Assembly: GCA_050331735.1 (NCBI GenBank)
Contig: JBHJGN010000014.1
Span: 1-64,000 of the forward strand
Origin: Cyanophyceae cyanobacterium
Lineage (GTDB): Bacteria; Cyanobacteriota; Cyanobacteriia; Cyanobacteriales; JBHJGN01
Direction of reading: 5' to 3'
DNA length: 64,000 nt
Shown here: one piece after another, positions 8,652-17,708 of the stretch
Position numbering within the stretch: position 1 is the stretch's first letter
Layout: the number at the start of each line of letters is the position of its first letter
Notes under the pieces: model-generated
What the model was told of the DNA's origin: nothing
Database searches by the model: none
What the model saw: the letters and a program-made list of their open reading frames with translations, nothing else
Position numbers and translations under genes: made by a program

Positions 8652-11177
8652 ATGCGCGCAGTGCTGATGGCTGGTGGTTCTGGAACTAGGCTGCGGCCCT
8701 TGACCTGCGATCTCCCGAAACCAATGGTGCCGATTCTCAATCGTCCGATCGCAGAACACATCATTAATCTGCTGAAGCGACATCAGATTAGGGAGGTCAT
8801 TGCGACCCTTCACTATCTTCCCGACGTCATGCGAGATTACTTCCAGGACGGCAGTGACTACGGGGTAGAAATGACCTATGCAGTTGAGGAAGAACAGCCC
8901 CTCGGAACGGCAGGATGTGTTAAAAACATCGCCGAACTTTTAGACGACACCTTCCTAGTCATTAGTGGCGATAGCATTACAGATTTCGACCTCCAGGCCG
9001 CCATTCGATTTCACAAGCAGAAACGATCGAAAGCCACTCTTGTGCTCGCTCGCGTCCCTAATCCGATGGATTTTGGCGTTGTCATCCTCGACCGCGAACA
9101 GCGCATCCGTCGCTTTTTAGAAAAGCCATCCACCAGCGAGATTTTTTCAGACACCGTCAATACAGGTACCTATATTCTCGAGCCAGAGATCCTCGACTAT
9201 CTTCCCTACGAAGAGGCAGACTTTTCCCAAGACCTATTTCCCCGGCTGCTGGAGCGAGAGCCTATGTACGGCTATATCGCCAAGGGCTACTGGTGCGATG
9301 TCGGTCATTTAGAGGCCTATCGAGAGGCTCAATACGACTGCCTCCAGAGAAAAGTTGCCATCGAGATAGATTATTATCCGCAAAAGTCGCCGGGGCTGTG
9401 GGTTGGTCAAAATACCCATATCGATCCGACCGTGAAAATTGACCCTCCGGTAATGATTGGCAGCAACTGCCGCATTGGACCTCGCGTCAATATTGAAGCA
9501 GGAACCGTGATTGGGGATAACGTAACCATTGGAGCAGATGCAGACCTCAAGCGACCGATTATTTGGAACGGCGTGACCGTTGGCGAAGAAGCGCACTTGA
9601 GTGCCTGCGTGATTGCCAGAGGGACTCGGATAGACCGCCGAGCGCAGGTGCTAGAAGGCGCCATTGTCGGTCCGCTGTCTACCGTAGGCGAAGAGTCGCA
9701 AATTAGCCCCGGAGTGAGAGTGTGGCCGAGTAAGAGAATCGAATCCGGCGCAATTTTGAATATCAATTTAATCTGGGGAAACACGGCTCAGCGCAATCTG
9801 TTTGGTCAGCGAGGGGTGTCTGGGCTAGCCAATATCGATATTACTCCAGAATTCGCGGTGAAGCTGGGGGCTTCCTATGGCTCAACGCTTAAGTCTGGCT
9901 CTCAAGTGGCTGTATCGCGCGATCAGCGCAGCGTCTCCAGAATGGTAAGTCGCTCTCTGATTGCAGGATTGATGTCAGCGGGCATCAATATTCAGAACCT
10001 AGAGCAAACCGCGATTCCTCTTTCCCGAACGATGGTGCCTCGTTTGGGGGTAGCAGGGGGCATTCACGTTCGTTTGCATCCAGACAGGCCAGACTACATT
10101 ATCATTGAATTTTTCGATCGCCAGGGAATCAATATCTCTAAGGCGAAGGAAAAGAAAATTGAGGGAGCTTATTTTAAAGAAGACTTACGGCGAGCCTCGA
10201 TTCCAGACATTGGCAATATGTCCTATCCGTCGCAAATCTTCGACACCTACAGCAAAAGTTTTGAAAATCATCTCAATGTAGAAGCAATCCGCAATAGCGG
10301 CTCCAAAATCATCATCGATTACGTCTATGCCGTTTCGGGAGCGGTGCTGCCACAGCTCCTGGCAAAGTTTGGCTGCGATGCCGTCGTTCTTAATGCCAGC
10401 CTGCGCCAAACCGCCGTTTCGGCTCAAGAACGCGAAACGTTGCTCAATCAGCTTGGCGACGTGGTGGAAGCGCTCAAAGCCAATTTAGGAGTGCAGGTGT
10501 CGGCCAACGGCGAGCAGATTATTTTAGTCGATGAAGCCGGACTGCCTATTCGTGGGGAAACTTTAACCGCGTTGATGGTTAGTACGGTGTTGACCGCTCA
10601 GCCGCGCGGAACCGTTGTCGTTCCGGTAGCCGCCTCTAGCGCGGTTGAACAAATTGCCCGTCGTCACGATGGCCGGGTAGTTAGAACCAAAGCAAATCCC
10701 ACCGCTCTGATGGAGGCGGTGCAAACCAATGCGCCCGTGATTCTCGGCGGTAGCGGCGACATCGGCTTTATCTTTCCGCAGCTTCATCCTGGTTTTGATG
10801 CCATGTTTGGGGTTGCCAAGCTCATTGAAATGCTGACCATTCAGGAGCGCTCTTTGGTTCAGGTTCGTGCTGAACTCCCCTTGGTGTTCCACCGCGCTTA
10901 CACCATGCGCTGTCCCTGGACGGTCAAAGGCGCGTTGATGCGCTATTTGGTAGAAACTCATCCCCCGGAAAATTTGGAGCTGATTGATGGGGTAAAAGTC
11001 ATCAATCCGCGCAACGATGACTGGGTGTTAATTTTACCCGATGCCGGGGAACCCTTAGTACATATCTATGCAAATTCAGAAGAGCGAGAATGGGTCGAGT
11101 CGTCTTTAGCAGACTATCGCCAGCGGGTTCAAGATTTTATCGATCGAGAGCAAGGAGTCGAGAGCGTCGCAATTTAG
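8652..11177 (+). CDS. Mannose-1-phosphate guanylyltransferase / phosphomannomutase-like fusion
   Basis: MAGGSGTRLRPLT..PKP nucleotidyltransferase motif, hexapeptide repeats, then a phosphohexomutase-like domain. AGGAGG RBS before ATG 8652. Confidence 0.9.
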   Translation: MRAVLMAGGSGTRLRPLTCDLPKPMVPILNRPIAEHIINLLKRHQIREVIATLHYLPDVMRDYFQDGSDYGVEMTYAVEEEQPLGTAGCVKNIAELLDDTFLVISGDSITDFDLQAAIRFHKQKRSKATLVLARVPNPMDFGVVILDREQRIRRFLEKPSTSEIFSDTVNTGTYILEPEILDYLPYEEADFSQDLFPRLLEREPMYGYIAKGYWCDVGHLEAYREAQYDCLQRKVAIEIDYYPQKSPGLWVGQNTHIDPTVKIDPPVMIGSNCRIGPRVNIEAGTVIGDNVTIGADADLKRPIIWNGVTVGEEAHLSACVIARGTRIDRRAQVLEGAIVGPLSTVGEESQISPGVRVWPSKRIESGAILNINLIWGNTAQRNLFGQRGVSGLANIDITPEFAVKLGASYGSTLKSGSQVAVSRDQRSVSRMVSRSLIAGLMSAGINIQNLEQTAIPLSRTMVPRLGVAGGIHVRLHPDRPDYIIIEFFDRQGINISKAKEKKIEGAYFKEDLRRASIPDIGNMSYPSQIFDTYSKSFENHLNVEAIRNSGSKIIIDYVYAVSGAVLPQLLAKFGCDAVVLNASLRQTAVSAQERETLLNQLGDVVEALKANLGVQVSANGEQIILVDEAGLPIRGETLTALMVSTVLTAQPRGTVVVPVAASSAVEQIARRHDGRVVRTKANPTALMEAVQTNAPVILGGSGDIGFIFPQLHPGFDAMFGVAKLIEMLTIQERSLVQVRAELPLVFHRAYTMRCPWTVKGALMRYLVETHPPENLELIDGVKVINPRNDDWVLILPDAGEPLVHIYANSEEREWVESSLADYRQRVQDFIDREQGVESVAI

Positions 11178-11312
11178 AATGACACTAGGCCATCAGTCCG
11201 GCTCGCTCGAACCACTGTTAACCTTTGCCTGCTCTGGTCTAACTCAGTACCAATTTCCGGTTGCCTACAATTGTTCTATTCCAAAACTTTACCGACATGA
11301 GGAGAATTGCCC

Positions 11313-11759
11313 GTGAATAGCTGTATTTTAATGGCAAAAATTATTCGCAGCCCCGAACTACGATACACCCAAGAAAATCAAACGCCGATCGCCCAGATGC
11401 TCGTTGAGTTTGCCGGACCCCGCTCGGAAGATCCGCCAGCGACCCTGCGCGTCGTGGGCTGGGGCAATTTGGCCTCAGAAATTCAGGAAAACTATCGTGA
11501 AGGCGAGCACGTCATTCTGGTTGGTCGGCTATCGATGAACACCGTTGACAGACAGGAAGGATTTAAGGAAAAACGAGCGGAAATGACCGTTTCTCAAATC
11601 TTTCCCGGCCCCTCGGCGGTCGCGGCCCTGTCTTCCTCGTCCACCCCGGCTCAATCGGCTCCTTCAGACTCGTTCGACTCCGGTGCTGACTTTACCCAAG
11701 AAGCGACCGTTGCTACTGCTGCCCAGTCTGAGGAAAATTTAGACGACATTCCTTTTTAA
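11313..11759 (+). CDS. ssb: Single-stranded DNA-binding protein (cyanobacterial Ycf41 type)
   Basis: PELRYT, WG.LA and GRL OB-fold motifs; acidic DDIPF tail. Confidence 0.9.
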   Translation: MNSCILMAKIIRSPELRYTQENQTPIAQMLVEFAGPRSEDPPATLRVVGWGNLASEIQENYREGEHVILVGRLSMNTVDRQEGFKEKRAEMTVSQIFPGPSAVAALSSSSTPAQSAPSDSFDSGADFTQEATVATAAQSEENLDDIPF

Positions 11760-11760
11760 G

Positions 11761-12150
11761 ATGAAAGTGTTTGCTGTCCGCCTGCAACCCGACCAGGATT
11801 TAAAGCAAAGTCTCCAGGAATTTGTTGAAACCCATCAGATTCAAGCGGGTTTTATGCTGTCGGCGGTGGGCAGCCTTAAGCAGGCTAATGTGCGCTTTGC
11901 CGGACAGGATCGGTGTCAGCGATACCAAGCAAACTTTGAAATTGTGTCTCTCGTCGGCACTCTTTCTATTAACGGGAGTCATCTCCATATTTCCCTGGCA
12001 GACCAACAGGGAACCGTCCTCGGCGGTCATTTGAGTGATGGCTGCATTATCAATACAACAGCAGAGATCGTGGTCGGAGCCAGCCAAAACCACCGGTTTA
12101 AGCGCGTTTTCGATGGACAAACCGGGTATTTAGAGCTAGAAATCAATTGA
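11761..12150 (+). CDS. PPC/DUF296-domain protein
   Basis: RL.P..DL, FEIVSLVGT, HLHISLAD, GGHL. Starts 1 nt after the ssb stop codon. Confidence 0.9.
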   Translation: MKVFAVRLQPDQDLKQSLQEFVETHQIQAGFMLSAVGSLKQANVRFAGQDRCQRYQANFEIVSLVGTLSINGSHLHISLADQQGTVLGGHLSDGCIINTTAEIVVGASQNHRFKRVFDGQTGYLELEIN

Positions 12151-12265
12151 AGAAAACCGCAAAGGGGAAGGAGAAAAATAATCAAGCTGAGAGTTGTTAT
12201 TCAACCAGTCAAGCTGGCTCAAGCTGATTTTTGTTTGTGCGATCAGATGGCTAATCTGTCACTTC

Positions 12266-13636
12266 TCAAGCCGGCAAATTGGGAATTAGCGGCTCGGCAG
12301 AGGCAGAGAAGCCAGCCCTGAGCAACGATTCGACGGCAGTATGTTCATTGGGTACCCAAAAGTCTGGTCCGAAGCGCACTAGCTGATGCTGCTTACCGGA
12401 GGCAATGGTAGCAATAACGGGAACGGTAGGGGCTCCGGCTGTCGCTTGTTCTCGTAAGATACCTCTTAAACTTTGCTGCACGGCGCGATCGCCCGCCTGC
12501 TGGGGATGAAGTCGAATGGTCACAATTTTAACAATATCGACCGGTTCAGCCTCTTCGACAATGAGCTGTACCTGCTCGTCGCGTTTTTCCGCTTTTCCCC
12601 AAATAATCAGCCGAGCATCCTCAACCAAGACGTTCTCAATCTGTTCATAAACGCTGGGGAAGACGACCCCTTCTGCTTGACCGGACACATCCTCTACCTG
12701 AATAAACGCCATCGGGTCGCCTTTTTTGGTGATAATCTTTTTGAGGGCCGTCAGCATCACCACCGCACTCAATTTCTGACGAGATTTCTGCTCGGGCAAT
12801 TGACTCAGCTCAATGGGAGAAAGAATTTGAGCGGCTTTTTGGATCGACTTGAGGGGATGCTCAGAAACATAAAAACCGAGGTGTTCTTTTTCGAGCTTGA
12901 GCTTTTCCTGTAGCGAAAAATCAGCGACGGCGGGGGCTGCAGGAGCGTGTTCGAGTCCCCCGGAGCTGGGGCGATCGCCGGGGGCCTGAGCACCATTGCT
13001 GCTCGTAGAAGCGCCAATCAGGTCAAAAATGCTCGTTTGACCGCTCTCTCGCTCTTTAGCCCGACTCTGGGCCCAGCTAATCAGGAGATCGAGGTTATGC
13101 ATCGCCTGATTGCGATTGTCTTCAACGGCATCGAACGCCCCGCACAGAACCAACGTTTCCAGCGCCCGACGATTGACGACCCGCAGATCGACGCGATCGC
13201 AAAAATCGGCCAGCGAGCGAAAAGCTCCTCCGGTTCTGGCCTGGAGAATCTTCTCAATCGCTCCCTCTCCTAAATTCCTAACGGCTGAGAAGCCAAAGAT
13301 AATTTTGGTTCCCTCCGGCTGAAAATTACGGTGCGAGCGATTAATATCCGGCGGAACTACCTCAATGCCCATTTTCTGGCAGTTTTCCCGGTATTTCTCC
13401 ACTTTATCTTGACTGTCGCTGCTGGCAGTCAGCAGCGCCGTCATATATTCAACCGGATAGTTGGCTTTTAAGTAAGCTGTTTGGTAGGTAACGTAAGCAT
13501 AAGCCGTCGAATGAGACTTGTTGAAGCAGTTTGAGGCGACGGCTCCATTGGCCAGGAGAAAATTATGGTCTTGGACAACGCCAATGTCGTAAACAGGTTG
13601 GGTTCCGAGCGATTTGCGACCGACAATTTTAACCAT
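12266..13636 (-). CDS. dnaE: DNA polymerase III alpha subunit, C-terminal half (DnaE-c), with N-terminal split intein IntC
   Basis: [11 protein letters not shown]...[23 protein letters not shown], then Pol III alpha HhH and OB domains ([14 protein letters not shown]). Confidence 0.96.
   Translation of the reverse strand: MVKIVGRKSLGTQPVYDIGVVQDHNFLLANGAVASNCFNKSHSTAYAYVTYQTAYLKANYPVEYMTALLTASSDSQDKVEKYRENCQKMGIEVVPPDINRSHRNFQPEGTKIIFGFSAVRNLGEGAIEKILQARTGGAFRSLADFCDRVDLRVVNRRALETLVLCGAFDAVEDNRNQAMHNLDLLISWAQSRAKERESGQTSIFDLIGASTSSNGAQAPGDRPSSGGLEHAPAAPAVADFSLQEKLKLEKEHLGFYVSEHPLKSIQKAAQILSPIELSQLPEQKSRQKLSAVVMLTALKKIITKKGDPMAFIQVEDVSGQAEGVVFPSVYEQIENVLVEDARLIIWGKAEKRDEQVQLIVEEAEPVDIVKIVTIRLHPQQAGDRAVQQSLRGILREQATAGAPTVPVIATIASGKQHQLVRFGPDFWVPNEHTAVESLLRAGFSASAEPLIPNLPA
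13529..13636 (-). other. DnaE split intein C-fragment (36 aa)
   Basis: Block F VYDIGV..DHNF and block G ASN, followed by the +1 Cys of CFN, as in Ssp/Npu DnaE IntC. Confidence 0.95.
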
Positions 13637-13768
13637 AACCCCAAAGCAGTAGGCAGCGAGATGCAGACTAAATATTCTAGACCATTTCGAGGTTAGTTTT
13701 TTCTCGGTGGTTCAAATTCTGCTGATCGCTGATAATTGAACTAACTAGCATCGTAATGGAGAAAAGAT

Positions 13769-14905
13769 GTGAAGCTTGGGCAGTGGCTAGGGTTAATCTG
13801 CTTTGTCGTTTCCCTCTATATATTATGGCAGATTCGGCAACTGCTGCTGCTGGTTTTTGCTGCCGTTGTGCTAGCGACTGCTCTTAATCGAGTGGTGTGC
13901 CGATTTCAGCGGGCCAGAATCCAGCATGGTTTCGCGGTCTTTTTTACGATTAGTCTGTTTTTGCTGGTGCTGACTCTGGTTTGCTTACTGATCGTGCCGC
14001 CATTCATCAATCAGTTCAGAGATTTGATTGAGCTAGTGCCGCTCGTTTGGGAAGAAGCCCGCCTCGGAATCATTGAGCTTGAGCAGCGCTTGCCAAGCTG
14101 GTTGCCGACTCCTCCTAGCCTCTCTGAACTGATCACTCAGCTTCAGCCTGTCGGGACAGAACTAATTGCTAATTTTCTGGCCTTTTTTCAGAACTCCCTG
14201 GCGGTGATGCTCAAGCTGCTGTTGGCGATTGTGCTGACGCTGATGTTTCTCGGCAATCCTCGCTCCTATCGACGAGGACTGTTGAAACTGTTTCCCTCCT
14301 TCTACCGCCAACGAGCAGATGAAATTTTAACAGAGTCGGAAGTGGCGCTGGCTAACTGGCTAGGAGGAATTTTAATCAATTGTCTGTTTATTGCCACTTT
14401 AAGCGGCATCGGCTTAGCCGTTTTGCAGGTTCCTCTGGTGCTCGCCCACGCTCTTTTAGCCGGACTCCTCAATTTTATTCCTAACGTTGGGCCAGCCCTT
14501 AGCGTTGTTTTCCCTGTGATGGTGGCGCTGCTGGATGCTCCGTGGAAAATTATCGCGATTGTGATCTGGTACGTGATTATTCAGCAAATTGAAACCTACT
14601 GGCTCACGCCAATGGTGATGGCCAAGCAGGTATCGCTGCTGCCAGCGGTAACGCTGACCGCTCAAATCTTTTTTGCTACCGTATTCGGGCTGCTGGGGTT
14701 ACTGCTCGCGCTACCGCTAACAGTCGTTGCTAAAACGTGGCTAGACGAAATGTTGTTTGCCGATATTTTAGACAAATGGGACAAAGCGAATCATCCGACA
14801 CTGCGCCTCACGGCGTCAGTAACCGAGGAAGCTGCTGCTCACTCCACAGAGGATGTTGCACAATGGAAGGTGGGAGGAGAGGTGAAGAGGAAGGAGAACG
14901 GTTAG
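13769..14905 (+). CDS. AI-2E family transporter
   Basis: Multi-TM; LLNFIPNVGP, IQQIE and LLLALPL motifs. Confidence 0.88.
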   Translation: MKLGQWLGLICFVVSLYILWQIRQLLLLVFAAVVLATALNRVVCRFQRARIQHGFAVFFTISLFLLVLTLVCLLIVPPFINQFRDLIELVPLVWEEARLGIIELEQRLPSWLPTPPSLSELITQLQPVGTELIANFLAFFQNSLAVMLKLLLAIVLTLMFLGNPRSYRRGLLKLFPSFYRQRADEILTESEVALANWLGGILINCLFIATLSGIGLAVLQVPLVLAHALLAGLLNFIPNVGPALSVVFPVMVALLDAPWKIIAIVIWYVIIQQIETYWLTPMVMAKQVSLLPAVTLTAQIFFATVFGLLGLLLALPLTVVAKTWLDEMLFADILDKWDKANHPTLRLTASVTEEAAAHSTEDVAQWKVGGEVKRKENG

Positions 14906-14986
14906 CTTACCCAGCAAAAGATATGCATAACTTAAAACTTACTCCTCGCTTTCTTTTCCTGACGACACCAACCGAGGAGCAACCCG

Positions 14987-15283
14987 ATGACGCTAGCAGA
15001 GTTTACTGAATTGATTGCCCAGCAAAAAAGTCCTACCTCTTTGTCAACGGCGCTTCAGGCTCTCTGGTATGCTAAACGCGGCAATTGGCCTCAGGCTCAC
15101 GAACTAGTGCAGAATGCCTCCGACAGAGACAGCGCCTGGGTTCATGCCTATCTGCATCGGGAGGAGGGAGATTTAAGCAATGCTCGCTACTGGTATCGCC
15201 AGAGCCGACAGCCAGAGTTCACCGACAGTCTCAGTCAGGAGTGGAAGCATATCGCGAGCAGTCTGCTGCGGGATAGAACCTAG
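14987..15283 (+). CDS. Conserved hypothetical helical protein
   Basis: AH.LVQ and WVHAYLHREEGDLSNARYWY motif; GAGG RBS. Confidence 0.75.
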   Translation: MTLAEFTELIAQQKSPTSLSTALQALWYAKRGNWPQAHELVQNASDRDSAWVHAYLHREEGDLSNARYWYRQSRQPEFTDSLSQEWKHIASSLLRDRT

Positions 15284-15618
15284 TAGCGGGGAACCGATGA
15301 ATCTACCAACGCTGCGTAGGCATCGATACCGCCCGCAATATTTTTGACAGAGGTAAAACCCACGCTCGTTAACCATTGGCACATCTGAGCCGAGCGTACG
15401 CCATGATGACACATCACCAGGGTTTCGGCTTCCGGGTCGAAACGAGACTGAATTTGCTCTGACCACTGGGAATATTGACTCAAAGGTAGCACCTCAAATC
15501 CGTCAATATGGGCGATCGCCACTTCCTGCGGTTCGCGAACATCAATCAGCTGAAGCTGCGGGTCTTGCTCGGCAAGGCGGATAGCTAACTCTTCAACGCT
15601 AATTTCAGAAAACATCAA
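15280..15618 (-). CDS. Rhodanese-like sulfurtransferase
   Basis: IDVRE, CHHGVRS and GGIDAY motifs. Confidence 0.9.
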   Translation of the reverse strand: MMFSEISVEELAIRLAEQDPQLQLIDVREPQEVAIAHIDGFEVLPLSQYSQWSEQIQSRFDPEAETLVMCHHGVRSAQMCQWLTSVGFTSVKNIAGGIDAYAALVDSSVPRY

Positions 15619-15660
15619 ACTTCAATCTTCTACTCTTTATAGTGCTGTTCAAACAATCTA

Positions 15661-15858
15661 GGTGGGGAAAAGGGGAAGCCGCTTTCGCGGCGGGGAAAGG
15701 GAAAAGGGGAAAGAAAGTTGCTCCGCAACGGGAAAAGGAAAGGGGTAAAGGGGGAATAAATTAGCTTATTCCTGAGCCCTGTGTTTTTTTCCCGTCGCGA
15801 ACGCGACAGTTTTCCCTTGACCCGTCCCGCTAGGGACATTTTCCCGTCCTAAAGGGAC
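15661..15858. repeat. Composite repeat, copy B (core on the minus strand)
   Basis: Reverse complement contains AACACAGGGCTCAGGAATAAGCTAATT. Hairpins GCCGC-TTTC-GCGGC, GTTGC-TCC-GCAAC, GTCGC-GAAC-GCGAC and GTCCC-GCTA-GGGAC. Confidence 0.85.
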
Positions 15859-15912
15859 CATAGATAATGGTAACTTGAACAAGGAAGCCCGAATCAGCGG
15901 GGACTGGAATTT

Positions 15913-17565
15913 ATGATCAACTTTCGTGCGTTTTTGATTGCTCTGGCTACAGTCGTCCTCATATTGCTAGGGGCGGCAGCGGGAAGCTTTTACTGGATAA
16001 TTAGCCAAAGCCCTCTGAATCTGCTCCAAGGGGGAGTGATGGCGGAGCCGACGGCGGCTATGTTTGTTCCTAGACAAGCCCCCGTGATGGTGTCGCTTCT
16101 GGTTAATCCTGACCGTTTGGAAGCGTTGGGGGAGCTGGCCGCGACTCCGAGAGCTAGACGACAAGCGCATGGAGAATTTACTCAAATCAAAGAAAGTCTG
16201 CTAGCCAACACCGGACTGGACTACCGCCGCGATATTCAGCCTTGGCTTGGCGACGAGATTACCCTGGCCGTGACCTCTCTTGACTTCGATCGCAATCAGC
16301 TCAACGGCATTCAGCCGGGATATTTACTGGCCGCTACCGCCCAAAATCCCGATTTAGCACGGGAGTTTCTCCAGCTTTCCTATTCTAAGCAGGCGCTCGC
16401 CGGAACCTCTGATTTGGTGTTTGAACAGTATAAAGGAGTGAACATCATCTACAAGCGTCCCCTAACGACTGGACCCAATAGCAATTTAGAGGCTAGTGCG
16501 GTTGTTGGCGATGTGGTGCTGTTTGCTAACGCTCCTAAAGTCCTACGGGATGCCATTAACAACGTTCAGGCAAAAGATCTCAGCCTCAAGAACGCCCCCG
16601 CTTATCAGGAGGCTCTGACCACGATCCGCGAGCCAAGAATTGGCATCGTCTACGCCAACTTGCCAGCGCTGTCTTCCTGGGTTGTCAATGCTCCTGCCCC
16701 AGAGAATCCTGAAGCCGAACAGCTCTTGGCGATCGCTCTCCAGCTACAGCCCCAAGGATTGGCGGCGCAAACGGCCTTAATTGGCATTGCCGGAGACGAA
16801 GAACCGGCCCTCTCTAACCCCGTCGCGGCTCTTCAGTACGTACCGGCCAATAGCGTTCTCACGGCGGCGGGAACGGACCTCAACCAGCTCTGGAACCAGG
16901 TCGATGAACTGGACCCTCAAAGTCCACTTAGGCAGCTTATTGCCGGGGCAATCGCCTCGATTGAAGCGCCGTTAGGTCTAGATTTGCCCCAGGATATTTT
17001 TAGCTGGGTGCGGGGGGAGTATGCCCTGGCGCTGCTCTCCCCGCCGGAGACAAATCGCCTCGACTGGGTATTTGTCGCCGAAACTTCCGCTGCTGATGCC
17101 GAACCAGCCATTGAGTCGCTCGACCGTTTAGCCAAAGCGCAGGGACTCAGCGTGGGGATTTTGCCCGTAGCGGATACCCAGATTACGGCCTGGACTCAGT
17201 TAACCACCAGCGGCAGCGATCGCCTGCGCTTAGATGCGGAGGTCGCAGGAGTGCATACGAGCGTCGCTGGCTATGAAGTGTTCGCGACATCGGTGGACAC
17301 CTTAGCAGAAGCAGTCGCGCAAACGGCTCCGCTTGCGACCAGCAAAACTTTCCAGCAGGCGATCGCGCCTCTACCGACTCCCAATAGCGGCACCTTCTAT
17401 CTCAACTGGAGCCAAGGCCAACCGATTTTTGAGCAGCAGCCTCTCGTGGGGGCAGTTGAACTGGCGGGGAAACCCCTGTTCGAGCATCTGCGATCGCTGG
17501 GCTTAAGCAGCTTGGGCAGCGAAAATGGCGTCCGTCGTGCTGCCGTATTTTTTAATTTAGACTAA
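15913..17565 (+). CDS. DUF3352-like membrane-anchored protein
   Basis: N-terminal TM; DIQPWLGDEITLA and DIFSWVRGEYAL internal repeat, typical of this cyanobacterial family. Confidence 0.75.
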   Translation: MINFRAFLIALATVVLILLGAAAGSFYWIISQSPLNLLQGGVMAEPTAAMFVPRQAPVMVSLLVNPDRLEALGELAATPRARRQAHGEFTQIKESLLANTGLDYRRDIQPWLGDEITLAVTSLDFDRNQLNGIQPGYLLAATAQNPDLAREFLQLSYSKQALAGTSDLVFEQYKGVNIIYKRPLTTGPNSNLEASAVVGDVVLFANAPKVLRDAINNVQAKDLSLKNAPAYQEALTTIREPRIGIVYANLPALSSWVVNAPAPENPEAEQLLAIALQLQPQGLAAQTALIGIAGDEEPALSNPVAALQYVPANSVLTAAGTDLNQLWNQVDELDPQSPLRQLIAGAIASIEAPLGLDLPQDIFSWVRGEYALALLSPPETNRLDWVFVAETSAADAEPAIESLDRLAKAQGLSVGILPVADTQITAWTQLTTSGSDRLRLDAEVAGVHTSVAGYEVFATSVDTLAEAVAQTAPLATSKTFQQAIAPLPTPNSGTFYLNWSQGQPIFEQQPLVGAVELAGKPLFEHLRSLGLSSLGSENGVRRAAVFFNLD

Positions 17566-17708
17566 AACAGAGTTTTAAGGATGCCATCGGTTGACGACTC
17601 TTTCAAGACCAATAGAGTTTCTGAGCGATTCGCTTGCTCGGGCTAAAAGCTAACAGCTTTTTACAGTTCAAAGATGGCGCTTTATCCCTGTTGTTCTCGG
17701 TCAGAGTA

